Origin: Minisyncoccota bacterium
GTDB lineage: Bacteria > Patescibacteriota > Minisyncoccia > Phycocordibacterales > XYD1-FULL-46-19
Length of the DNA: 64,000 nt
NCBI GenBank assembly: GCA_041649495.1
Contig: JBAZMZ010000001.1
Coordinates: forward strand, 623-64,622
Direction: 5' to 3'
Under the pieces are notes generated by a model. That model did not search any database. It saw only the letters and a program-made list of their open reading frames with translations, and was not told where the DNA came from. This document shows positions 39,508 through 48,159 of this stretch, piece by piece. Numbering within the stretch: the first letter of the stretch is position 1; every line of letters starts with the position of its first letter. Made by a program: the position numbers and the translations under genes.

Positions 39508-40556
39508 CTTTTTTTTTCAATTTCCGTGCGGGTGAGGAGGCCGGCGTGGGGGCCGATTTGGGTGACGACCGAGGCAGAATTAATCGCGCCCCAAGCGAGA
39601 GCTTGATCGGCGGGCAAATTATTGGCGGTGGCGACGAGAAAGGCGGCGGCGAAGGCGTCACCGGCACCAGTGCGTTCAAGGGCGGGACCAAAATTGGTGA
39701 AGGCGGGGATTTGGTAAAAATTATTTTGGTCGTCGAGAACACTGGCGCCATTCTCGCCATCGGTGATGACGACGATTTTGGGACCCAGATTTTTAATTGA
39801 CTCAGCTAATGTGCGAAAAACGACTTTGGGCGAATTTGGTAATCGAGGAGAGACCTCGGGCTCATCAGAGGACTCACCTCGATTACTGATTTTGGTTGCT
39901 TCTTGTTTGTTGCAAAAAAGAATTTCGGTGCGGGCATAAATTGCTTTCAATTTTTCAACGCCAGCTTTTAATTGCCAAGTGCCGGGGCTGAAGGCGAGCT
40001 TGGTTTCGGGTTGAGCCGTGAGCCAATCGGCAATTTGTTGATGAACTGAACCATCGCTGTCGCTCATTGATGACAAATAGAGCCAATTAGCTTCTGGATT
40101 ATCGGGCTCGCTCTGAGCGGACTGGTGGTGAGTATCGTCGAACCGGTCGAAGGGGAAATAATTCGGATAATTTTCGTGCTTAACTAAAATCGTGCGGTCA
40201 TCGGCATACCATAAAACATAATTATAATTAGTTGGGACATCGGCATTTTTCTTGACCCAAGTCGTGTTGATTCCTGCTTCATTTAACTTGGCTAAAGTTT
40301 TTTGGCCGTGGTCGTCGTCGCCGACATTCGAGATATAAGCTACCGCTAGACCGAGTCTGGCGGAACCGAGAGCGACATTTGAACTATTGCCCCCGGCTGG
40401 GACCTCAGTGACCGAGTCGTAAGGAATCTTCGACGCAAACTTCATACAAATCTTGCATTCTGGTTTGTCGATTTGGCAATTTAATTCGGCCTCACTTAAC
40501 CTAATAAAGGCGTCGGTGGCGTTATCCCCCACGGAGATTAAATCAAATTTTTTCAT
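39504..40556 (-). CDS. PfkB-family carbohydrate kinase (ribokinase-like)
   Basis: N-terminal GG motif and C-terminal GAGDAFAAAF anion-hole motif. Confidence 0.75.
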   Translation of the reverse strand: MKKFDLISVGDNATDAFIRLSEAELNCQIDKPECKICMKFASKIPYDSVTEVPAGGNSSNVALGSARLGLAVAYISNVGDDDHGQKTLAKLNEAGINTTWVKKNADVPTNYNYVLWYADDRTILVKHENYPNYFPFDRFDDTHHQSAQSEPDNPEANWLYLSSMSDSDGSVHQQIADWLTAQPETKLAFSPGTWQLKAGVEKLKAIYARTEILFCNKQEATKISNRGESSDEPEVSPRLPNSPKVVFRTLAESIKNLGPKIVVITDGENGASVLDDQNNFYQIPAFTNFGPALERTGAGDAFAAAFLVATANNLPADQALAWGAINSASVVTQIGPHAGLLTRTEIEKKS

Positions 40557-40572
40557 ATGCTATTATTATAGC

Positions 40573-41460
40573 ATGCAAACTTTAAGACAAATAATTAAAG
40601 AGGCGGAGGCGAAGAAGACGGCCATTGGCCACTTCAATATCTCTAACCTCGAAGGCTTGTGGGCTATTTTTCGTGCGGCGCAAGGTTTATCCGCCTCTGG
40701 CGGAACGCCAATGCCAGTGATTATTGGTGTCTCCGAGGGTGAACGAGATTTTGTCGGCGTGCCTCAAGCGGTGGCCCTGGTGGCGAGCTTGAAGCAGGAA
40801 TTTGATTACCCAATTTTTTTGTCGGCGGACCATACTTCGTCATTTGAGCGGGCCAAGGAGGCGATTGATGCCGGTTTTGATTTAATTGTTTTTGATCGCA
40901 GTGAATTGTCTCTTGATGAAAATATTGCGGAAACAAAAAAATGTGTCATTTATGCGCGAGGTGTTAATCCGGAGATTTTAATTGAGGGTGAGTTGGGCTA
41001 TATTGGCAAATCGTCAAAGATGCTCGACGAAATTCCTGAAGGGGCAGCGATTGGTGATGAGGCCATTACTAAGGCCGAGGAGGCCAAGCGCTTGGTTGAA
41101 GAGACGGGTCTCGATCTTTTCTCGCCGGCTGTTGGCAATTTGCACGGGATGTTAAAGCACGCGCCCAACCCTCGATTAAATATTGCGCGCATTAAAGAAA
41201 TTCATGAAGCGACCGGCGTCCCGCTTGTCTTGCACGGCGGGTCTGGTCTCACTGATGAAGATTTTGTCTCGGCGATTGAGGCGGGGGTGGCGATTGTCCA
41301 CATTAATACCGAATTGCGTTTGGCTTATCGCGACGCTTTGCGCGAAGCTCTCCAAGATTATCCTGAAGAAATTGCGCCTTATAAAATTCTCAAGGATGCG
41401 GTGGCCGGGATGAAAGATGTCACCACCCGTCGCTTGCGTTTATTTTCGCGAATTGGTTAA
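40573..41460 (+). CDS. fba: class II fructose-bisphosphate aldolase
   Basis: AIGHFNISNLE...LHGGSG motifs. Start chosen at MQTLRQ. Confidence 0.85.
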   Translation: MQTLRQIIKEAEAKKTAIGHFNISNLEGLWAIFRAAQGLSASGGTPMPVIIGVSEGERDFVGVPQAVALVASLKQEFDYPIFLSADHTSSFERAKEAIDAGFDLIVFDRSELSLDENIAETKKCVIYARGVNPEILIEGELGYIGKSSKMLDEIPEGAAIGDEAITKAEEAKRLVEETGLDLFSPAVGNLHGMLKHAPNPRLNIARIKEIHEATGVPLVLHGGSGLTDEDFVSAIEAGVAIVHINTELRLAYRDALREALQDYPEEIAPYKILKDAVAGMKDVTTRRLRLFSRIG

Positions 41461-41508
41461 ATAAGAGAGGAGTGGTGTGTGTTTGCTATAAAAACGGAGG
41501 GTTTTTTC

Positions 41509-41793
41509 ATGAAAGAACGCCCGGTTCTTTGTCTTTTTTTCGATTCATCGGTTGGCGGGGATCGGAGGGTTCTCGCGGGGAGCTTTGCGGTTGAGCTTTG
41601 CGAGAAAGGGGGGGTTTTCGTTGTCTCCTCGGAAGAAGATGCCGATGTCTCCTTTTTCCTCAAAGAAGGTGGGGGGATGATCCTTGTTCGTCTCCGCAAT
41701 GGCGATGAGACCGAGATATTTTCCCCTGTGTCCCCCTCGGTCATTGGTTTGGGCAAAAAGGATGGGTTTTGGGACTTGCTCCTGGCCCCATAA
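41509..41793 (+). CDS. hypothetical small protein
   Basis: GGAGGG Shine-Dalgarno 8 nt upstream of the ATG; GC-rich; a terminator follows. Confidence 0.3.
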   Translation: MKERPVLCLFFDSSVGGDRRVLAGSFAVELCEKGGVFVVSSEEDADVSFFLKEGGGMILVRLRNGDETEIFSPVSPSVIGLGKKDGFWDLLLAP

Positions 41794-41810
41794 AAAGAAT
41801 TGAACAGCAA

Positions 41811-41856
41811 CCCGGGTGGCGCGCTTGCGCGTCGCCCGGGCTTTACTTTTTTAGGT
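41811..41856 (+). terminator. imperfect GC hairpin plus T-run terminator
   Basis: cccgggtggcgcgc...gcgcgtcgcccggg followed by ctttactttttt. Confidence 0.5.
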
Positions 41857-41878
41857 TTTTCGTTATACTGGACCAGTT

Positions 41879-42538
41879 ATGTTTAAATTGACCGCGGAAA
41901 AACGCGATATTTTAGGTAAGAAGGTTAGTAACTTGCGCGAGGCAGGCGAACTCCCGGCGGTAGTTTATGGTGGCCAGAAGGAGACTTTAGCCATTACTCT
42001 CAATCAAGCCGAATTTCAAAAGGTCTTAACTCAAGCGGGCGAATCGACCATTGTTTCTTTGGCGGTTGATGGTCAAGCCCAAGATATCTTAATTCATGAT
42101 GTTCAGACTGACCCGCTCTCGGGCTTTCCTGTCCACGCTGATTTTTATATTGTTAGTCAAGACAAAGAGCTTGAGGTGGCGGTTCCGCTTATCTTCGAAG
42201 GGGTGGCGCCAGCGGTTAAGGATTTGGGCGGGAGCTTGGTCAAAGTTTTGCACGAATTAGAAATTCGCGCTTTGCCGAAGAATTTGCCTCACGATATTAC
42301 GGTTGATATTTCTTCCCTCGTGGCCTTGGATAGCCAGATTTTGATTAAAGATTTGAAATTGCCAGTTGGTGTCGAATCGGTGCTTGATGTTGAAGAAGTG
42401 GTGGCCGCCATTACCGAGGCGGGCGAAGAAGTGATTGAAGAAGTGGCGCCGGTTGATCTCTCGGCGATTGAAGTCGAGAAGAAGGGTAAACAAGAAGAGG
42501 CGACTGAAGAAGGCGACGCTCCAACGGACGAGAAATAA
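41879..42538 (+). CDS. rplY: 50S ribosomal protein L25/general stress protein Ctc, with an acidic tail
   Basis: KRDILGKKVSNLREAGELPAVVYG. Confidence 0.85.
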   Translation: MFKLTAEKRDILGKKVSNLREAGELPAVVYGGQKETLAITLNQAEFQKVLTQAGESTIVSLAVDGQAQDILIHDVQTDPLSGFPVHADFYIVSQDKELEVAVPLIFEGVAPAVKDLGGSLVKVLHELEIRALPKNLPHDITVDISSLVALDSQILIKDLKLPVGVESVLDVEEVVAAITEAGEEVIEEVAPVDLSAIEVEKKGKQEEATEEGDAPTDEK

Positions 42539-42565
42539 TTTTTTATCTCTGCTATAATATTCCTG

Positions 42566-43882
42566 ATGAAGAATCGGTTGATTTTTTTGTGGTTCGGGTG
42601 GCTGGTGATTTCGGCGGTGATTTTTTTGCCGTTGGCAACTCGGGCCGAAACCACTCAAGAAAAAGAGGCGCGTTTGAACGCGGAGCTTAAGGTGGTGGAG
42701 GCGGAGATTGCGGGCCAAAAAAGCTTGCTTCAATCTAAACAAAAAGAGACGGCGAGTATTCAGCGTGACATCGACATTTTGACCTACAAAATCAATACGG
42801 CCCAACTTAATATCAAAGCCAAACAAATCGAAATTGCGCGCTTGGGTGGCGATATTGTCCAGAAAGAAAAAACCATTGGCACTTTAGAGGAACAGCTTGA
42901 TCAAGAAAAAACCTCTCTGGCTGAATTGTTGCGTCAAACGCGGGAGCTTGACGATAGTACTTTTGCTGAAATTGTTTTAAGCCCACAGACTTTATCGAAT
43001 TTATTTGTCGATCTCCAACGTTTTCATTCGGTCGAAGATCATGTTCAAGACTCGTTGGCGACCGTGCGGGGGGTTAAGAAAAATACCGAAACGCAAAAAA
43101 CGGTCCTCGAAAGTCGACGTGACGCTGAGACCAATGCCAAGAAAGCGATTGAAAATGAGAAAGCAAATATCGAGCAATTAAATAAAGAGAAAACTACTCT
43201 CCTAAACGCGAGTAAAGCGAAGGAGAATTCTTACAAAGCGGTAATTGCGAAGAAAGAAAAAGAACGGGCGGAGATTCGGAGTGCTCTTTACCGTTTGCGG
43301 GGAGCGACGAATATTACTTTTGGCCAAGCCCTCGAACATGCCAATTTTGTTTCCGCTAAAACTGGTGTTCGTCCGGCTTTTCTCTTGGCCATTATTACCC
43401 AAGAGTCTAATTTGGGCGAAAATATCGGAACTTGTAATCGGCCGGGCGACCCAGCCTCAAAGAGTTATAAATCAGTGATGAAGCCGAGTCGGGACATTGA
43501 GCCCTTTGAAAAAATTTGTAAAGAATTGGGGATTGATCCGGTTGGTCAACCTGTCTCTTGCCCTTACGGTGGGGGTTATGGTGGAGCCATGGGGCCGGCC
43601 CAATTTATCCCGTCAACTTGGATGGGGATGAAGAGCGCGGTTTCCAAAGTGACCGGCAATAATCCACCTAACCCGTGGGACGCGAGAGACGCCTTCACGG
43701 CCTCGGGTCTCTATTTGCGCGATTTGGGCGCAGACGGTGGCACTTATACCACGGAACGCAAAGCGGCGCTCAAGTATTATGCTGGGGGCAATTGGTCTTT
43801 GGCTAAAAACGCTTTTTACGGCAACGAAGTAATGGCGATTGCCACCAAATATCAGAAGCAAATCGACATCTTGCAGAATTAA
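42566..43882 (+). CDS. secreted coiled-coil protein with a C-terminal MltB-like lytic transglycosylase domain
   Basis: Signal peptide; roughly 200-aa coiled coil; ITQESNLG and GAMGPAQFIPSTW motifs. Confidence 0.6.
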   Translation: MKNRLIFLWFGWLVISAVIFLPLATRAETTQEKEARLNAELKVVEAEIAGQKSLLQSKQKETASIQRDIDILTYKINTAQLNIKAKQIEIARLGGDIVQKEKTIGTLEEQLDQEKTSLAELLRQTRELDDSTFAEIVLSPQTLSNLFVDLQRFHSVEDHVQDSLATVRGVKKNTETQKTVLESRRDAETNAKKAIENEKANIEQLNKEKTTLLNASKAKENSYKAVIAKKEKERAEIRSALYRLRGATNITFGQALEHANFVSAKTGVRPAFLLAIITQESNLGENIGTCNRPGDPASKSYKSVMKPSRDIEPFEKICKELGIDPVGQPVSCPYGGGYGGAMGPAQFIPSTWMGMKSAVSKVTGNNPPNPWDARDAFTASGLYLRDLGADGGTYTTERKAALKYYAGGNWSLAKNAFYGNEVMAIATKYQKQIDILQN

Positions 43883-43906
43883 TAAAATTAGTGTATAGTC
43901 TGTCGT

Positions 43907-44167
43907 ATGAAAAAGGATATCCACCCTAAATATTACGAAGCTGAAGTCACTTGCGCCTGTGGCAATACCTTTACAGTGGGCGCGTCAGTTGAGAAAATCA
44001 ATGTTGAAATTTGTAGCGCTTGCCACCCATTTTTTACTGGTAATGAGAAGGTGGTAGATACCGCCGGCATGGTTGAGAAATTCCGCGGTCGCGCCGCCAA
44101 AGCGACGGCTCCCAAGAAGAAAGTGGCCAAGAAAACTGCCTCGACCAAAACTAAAGAGGATAAATAG
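43907..44167 (+). CDS. rpmE: 50S ribosomal protein L31
   Basis: MKKDIHPKY...CxC...[10 protein letters not shown]. Confidence 0.9.
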   Translation: MKKDIHPKYYEAEVTCACGNTFTVGASVEKINVEICSACHPFFTGNEKVVDTAGMVEKFRGRAAKATAPKKKVAKKTASTKTKEDK

Positions 44168-44170
44168 ATA

Positions 44171-45124
44171 ATGGAGATTGCTGATTTCAGAGCCAACCCG
44201 AAGACGGCCTATTGGGCGGGAGTTTTTGACGATTTAGCCGGTAAAATTACTGAAGCGAAAGATTTGTTGGCCAAAGATGCTTCGGTTAAAGATCTGGCTG
44301 AAGAAGAAATTAAAGAGCTGGAGAAACAGCAAGCCGAGATTTTGGTTAAGATGGAAGAAATTTTGGCACCCAAAGCGGGAGAGAGTGAGCCCGACAGCCC
44401 TCGAATTGTGATGATCGAATTAAGAGCTGGGGCGGGTGGGGAAGAAGCGGCGTTGTTTGCCTACGAGTTAGCTCAAACTTATGCTAAATATGCCACCCTC
44501 CAAGGTTGGGTCTTTTCGCTGGTTGACGAATCATTGTCGCCAATGGGGGGTTACAAAGAAGCGACTTTCGAAATTGTCGGTAATGGCGCTTACGATTCTT
44601 TCAAATACGAAATGGGGGTCCACCGCGTGCAACGGGTGCCGGCCACCGAGAAATCGGGGCGAGTTCATACCTCAACTATTTCGGTGGCGGTTTTGCCGGT
44701 CAGGGAATATAGCGAAATCAAAATCAATCCGGGAGATTTAGAGATTGAATTTACGCGCTCGGGTGGGGCTGGCGGACAAAATGTTAATAAAGTCGAAACC
44801 GCCGTGCGAATGGTTCACAAGTCAACGGGCTTGGCGGTGCGTTGTCAGAGCGAACGAACCCAATTAAGGAATAAGGAAAAGGCGCTCGAAATGCTGGCGG
44901 CTAAAATTGAGGATCAAGAACGGCAAGCTGAAGAGGCTAAGTACTCGGCCGAGCGCAAGAGCCAGATTGGCACCGCTGATCGCTCTGAAAAAATCCGCAC
45001 CTACAATTTTCTTCAAGACCGGATTACCGACCATCGCATTAAGAAATCTTGGCACGGCATTGAACGCATTCTCGCCGGCAACCTTGACCCCATTTTCACT
45101 GACCTGAAAGAAGGCCTAAAATAA
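44171..45124 (+). CDS. prfA: peptide chain release factor 1
   Basis: GGQNVNK motif and a PAT tripeptide (the RF1 PxT type). Confidence 0.8.
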   Translation: MEIADFRANPKTAYWAGVFDDLAGKITEAKDLLAKDASVKDLAEEEIKELEKQQAEILVKMEEILAPKAGESEPDSPRIVMIELRAGAGGEEAALFAYELAQTYAKYATLQGWVFSLVDESLSPMGGYKEATFEIVGNGAYDSFKYEMGVHRVQRVPATEKSGRVHTSTISVAVLPVREYSEIKINPGDLEIEFTRSGGAGGQNVNKVETAVRMVHKSTGLAVRCQSERTQLRNKEKALEMLAAKIEDQERQAEEAKYSAERKSQIGTADRSEKIRTYNFLQDRITDHRIKKSWHGIERILAGNLDPIFTDLKEGLK

Positions 45125-45126
45125 GG

Positions 45127-45153
45127 CCTAATGGAGGTCTCGCCTCCATTAGG
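45127..45153 (+). terminator. hairpin just after the prfA stop, with no U-run
   Basis: cctaatggagg tctcg cctccattagg, 11-bp stem. Confidence 0.35.
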
Positions 45154-45168
45154 GTAGTTGTCATGAAC

Positions 45169-45197
45169 TTGACAAATGATTTGCGTGGGTGTATAAT
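45169..45197 (+). promoter_or_regulatory. consensus sigma70-type promoter (TTGACA, 17-nt spacer, TATAAT)
   Basis: Perfect hexamers with a 17-nt spacer. Confidence 0.65.
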
Positions 45198-45240
45198 ATC
45201 GTCAGATTTCTTTGGAGCTACAACTACAAGGAGGTTTACG

Positions 45241-45408
45241 GTGGAGATGGAAATGGGAAAACAACCAGAGGAAGACCATTTCGGTCACGAAATGGTTGAC
45301 ATTGTCGCCATGGGGGTCGGGGCGATGATCTCACTTTTGGTCAGCGAAGTGTTGTTGGCGGTGGCGGTGGCGGTTTTTTGTTCGGTGTTTAGGGGGCTGG
45401 TCTCGTGA
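45241..45408 (+). CDS. small single-TM membrane protein of about 55 aa (GTG or ATG start)
   Basis: AAGGAGG Shine-Dalgarno 6 nt upstream of the GTG; hydrophobic C-terminal helix; two hairpins follow. Confidence 0.35.
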   Translation: MEMEMGKQPEEDHFGHEMVDIVAMGVGAMISLLVSEVLLAVAVAVFCSVFRGLVS

Positions 45409-45429
45409 CCAGTCCCTCGATACGGGCTT

Positions 45430-45468
45430 GTCCGGCGGTCGATTTAGACCGCCGGACATCTTTGTTTA
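45430..45468 (+). terminator. rho-independent terminator (perfect 11-bp stem)
   Basis: gtccggcggtc gattta gaccgccggac followed by atctttgttt. Confidence 0.65.
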
Positions 45469-45514
45469 TGGCCCACCTTGCCTTTATTAGGGTTTTTTGT
45501 TAAACTCTCCCTGT

Positions 45515-46285
45515 ATGAATGAAGCAGTAAAAGATCAGGCCAAAGAAGATTTGGTGAAAAAGATGTTTGATTTGGGGGCGCATTTTGGTTATGGCAAAAA
45601 TAGCCGACACCCGTCAAGCAAGTCTTTTTTGTTTGGGTTGAAGAATAAGACGGTCGTTATTGACTTAGAGAAGACGGCCGAGAGTTTAAGTGTGGCCAAG
45701 GCCTTCGCTCGGGAATTGGGTCAGAGTAAGAAGGCGATTATTTTTGTCGGCACTAAAACTGAAGCCCAAAAAGCTGTGACCGAAGTTGCCGGCTTGGCCA
45801 ATTTGCCTTATGTCATCGAGCGTTGGATTGGTGGGACAATGACTAATTTTCGACAAATTCGTTCACGCATCGATCGTTTATTGAAACTTAAGGATGAAGA
45901 GGCGACGGGCGAGTTAAAAAAATATACCAAAAAAGAACGAGGGGTGATTGCCAAAGAAGTGGCGAATCTCGAGCGTTATTTTGGTAGTTTGACTGATCTA
46001 ACCAAATTACCCGGCGCGATTTTTGTGGTTGATCCTAAGAAGGAGGATATTGCCGTGGCCGAAGCGAAGAAATTAAATATTCCGGTTATCGCCTTGGCTA
46101 ATTCTGACTGCAATATTGAGGGGATTGCTTATCCGATTATGGCTAACGATGCGCAACGTAAAGTCATTGATTTTGTTGCTCGCGAAATCGCAATGGCTTA
46201 TAATGAAGGAGTGAAGGAAGACGAAAAAGAAATCATAAAAGAAAAAGAGGTAGAAAAAAAAGATGATCACAACGGAACAAATTAA
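45515..46285 (+). CDS. rpsB: 30S ribosomal protein S2
   Basis: MFDLGAHFGY...FVVDP motifs. Confidence 0.9.
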   Translation: MNEAVKDQAKEDLVKKMFDLGAHFGYGKNSRHPSSKSFLFGLKNKTVVIDLEKTAESLSVAKAFARELGQSKKAIIFVGTKTEAQKAVTEVAGLANLPYVIERWIGGTMTNFRQIRSRIDRLLKLKDEEATGELKKYTKKERGVIAKEVANLERYFGSLTDLTKLPGAIFVVDPKKEDIAVAEAKKLNIPVIALANSDCNIEGIAYPIMANDAQRKVIDFVAREIAMAYNEGVKEDEKEIIKEKEVEKKDDHNGTN

Positions 46286-46718
46286 AGAACTTCGCGATCG
46301 AACTGGGATCTCAATTGCGCAATGTAAAAAAGCGCTCGAAGATGCTGGGGGCGATATCAACAAGGCTTTAGACTTTCTAAAAGAGAAGGGGGCCGAAGTC
46401 GCGGAGAAAAAGGCGACGCGCGAACTTCACGCCGGTTTGGTTAGTGCCTATATTCACTCTGACCACAAGCTGGGAGCTTTAGTGGAGGTTCATGTGGAGA
46501 CCGATTTCGTGGCCAAGAACGAAGGCTTCCAAGCGCTGGCGGATGACCTCGCGATGCATATCGTGGCGATGAACCCAGCTGATGTGGCCGAACTTCTCAC
46601 CCAACCCTTTATCAAGGATCCGACCTTGACAATTGACGATTTGGTTAAGAATCACATCCAGAAATTTGGCGAACGAATTGAGATTGCTCATTTTGCTCGG
46701 CTCGATTCCAAAAACTAA
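46263..46718 (+). CDS. tsf: elongation factor Ts (short form)
   Basis: ITTEQIKELRDRTGISIAQCKKALEDAGGDINKAL UBA-like N-terminus. Confidence 0.85.
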   Translation: MITTEQIKELRDRTGISIAQCKKALEDAGGDINKALDFLKEKGAEVAEKKATRELHAGLVSAYIHSDHKLGALVEVHVETDFVAKNEGFQALADDLAMHIVAMNPADVAELLTQPFIKDPTLTIDDLVKNHIQKFGERIEIAHFARLDSKN

Positions 46719-46726
46719 AACCCTAT

Positions 46727-47158
46727 ATGGTTTATTATATTTTAGCGGTCGTGGCGCTGGTTTCGCTGGCCATTCTCTCCTTCCTTTTTCGGCGCCAAAT
46801 CATGATCAATCGAGCCAAAAATCTCGATTATAATGAGTTGAATCATTACGGGGTGGCGAATGTGATGATTGATTACTTGGCTTTTAAGATTGTGCGTTTT
46901 TGCCAGTCAGGGTTAAGGAAACTTTATCTTTTCTTTCTTCATTTTGTGAAAAATTCGATGGCGACGGCGCGTTACGCTATTGTTAAAACCGAAAGACGCT
47001 TTAACCAAATTGTTGATTCGGCGCCTAGCCCCGAAGAAATTCATAAAACCGACAAAGTCTCTTTTTTCTTGAAAGAGATTAAAGATCACAAAGATGCCAC
47101 TATGGCTGAAATCCAAATCATGGCCGATGAGGCGAAAAAGGTCGAAAGTGAAAACTGA
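46727..47158 (+). CDS. hypothetical membrane protein
   Basis: N-terminal TM helix; no domain identified. Confidence 0.4.
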   Translation: MVYYILAVVALVSLAILSFLFRRQIMINRAKNLDYNELNHYGVANVMIDYLAFKIVRFCQSGLRKLYLFFLHFVKNSMATARYAIVKTERRFNQIVDSAPSPEEIHKTDKVSFFLKEIKDHKDATMAEIQIMADEAKKVESEN

Positions 47159-47230
47159 GCCAGCACGAGGATTCGAACCCCGGACCTTCGCTTTACAAAA
47201 GCGTTGCTCTACCAACTGAGCTATGCTGGC
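47158..47230 (-). tRNA. tRNA-Thr (anticodon UGU)
   Basis: 73-nt cloverleaf: acceptor GCCAGCA/UGCUGGC, D arm GCUC-AGUUGGUA-GAGC, anticodon loop UUUGUAA, T arm CGGGG-UUCGAAU-CCUCG. CCA is not encoded. Confidence 0.9.
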
Positions 47231-47302
47231 GTTTCTATATTAAAGCGTATTTTTAACAATCAGGCAATTTGTTTTTACTGATTTTTTCGTTATAATCTAG
47301 GA

Positions 47303-48130
47303 ATGACCGAACGAGAGCAAAAGGGGCATCTTCATCCTTTAACGCAGATTATTAACGAGGTGGTGGACGCTTTTCGCGACTTGGATTTTGTGGTGGCCGA
47401 GGGGCCAGAAATTGAGGACGAATATCATAATTTTGACGCACTGAATGTTCCGGCGGATCATCCGGCGCGGGATATGTGGGATACTTTTTGGCTCCGACCG
47501 CAGGGAGGAGCCCCGAGCGACTCGTCCCGAGCTGGGTCGAGGGAAGTCGAGGGGTTAAAAAAATTATTAAGAACTCACACTTCACCCGTTCAAATTAGAT
47601 ATTTAGAAAATAATAAACCGCCACTACGAATTATCGTGCCAGGCAAAGTTTTTCGTTATGAGGCGACAGACGCGCGACACGAGGCGCAATTTTTTCAAAT
47701 TGAAGGTTTACTGGTGGACAAAAAAGTGAGCGTGGCCGACATGAAAGGCAGTTTAGAACATTTTTTGCAAAAGATTTTTGGTCAGAAGGTGCAGATTCGC
47801 CTTCGCCCCTCCTTCTTTCCTTTTGTCGAGCCGGGTTTTGAGGTGGATATGATTTGTCCCGCTTGTTTACCCGCCATAGCTTCAGCGAAGGAGGGTCACA
47901 AGGAAGATGAAGAGAAAAAATGCTCAGTTTGTAGTGGCACTGGTTGGCTCGAGATTATGGGTGCGGGTTTGGTTCATCCTCATGTCTTCAAATCCGTTGG
48001 CCTTAATCCTGACGAGTGGCAAGGCTTTGCCTTTGGGCTCGGCCCTGAGCGTTTGGCCATGGTTAAATGGGGGATTGAAGATATCCGGAATTTTTATAAT
48101 GGCGATTTAAGATTCATTAATCAGTTTTAG
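47303..48130 (+). CDS. pheS: phenylalanine--tRNA ligase alpha subunit (short form)
   Basis: FRYEATDARHEAQFFQIEGL class II motifs; GFAFGLGPERLAM. Confidence 0.85.
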   Translation: MTEREQKGHLHPLTQIINEVVDAFRDLDFVVAEGPEIEDEYHNFDALNVPADHPARDMWDTFWLRPQGGAPSDSSRAGSREVEGLKKLLRTHTSPVQIRYLENNKPPLRIIVPGKVFRYEATDARHEAQFFQIEGLLVDKKVSVADMKGSLEHFLQKIFGQKVQIRLRPSFFPFVEPGFEVDMICPACLPAIASAKEGHKEDEEKKCSVCSGTGWLEIMGAGLVHPHVFKSVGLNPDEWQGFAFGLGPERLAMVKWGIEDIRNFYNGDLRFINQF

Positions 48131-48159
48131 CTTAAAAGCTTACTTGCTTACAAACTTAC

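Noticed and set aside
42257-42826. ORFs 42257..42826 (-) and 42289..42654 (-) antisense to rplY
   Set aside because: They overlap a clear L25 gene and have low-complexity composition.
45163-45240. Annotated 81-aa ORF start at 45163
   Set aside because: That start lies upstream of the promoter -10. A shorter ORF from the GTG or ATG after the Shine-Dalgarno was used instead.
47158-47230. Additional tRNAs, rRNA genes, IS elements or transposases elsewhere in the window
   Set aside because: A scan for T-loop (GGTTCGAAT or rc) and other tRNA hallmarks found only the single tRNA-Thr at 47158-47230. No transposase or integrase-like ORF, and no rRNA-like conserved blocks, were seen.
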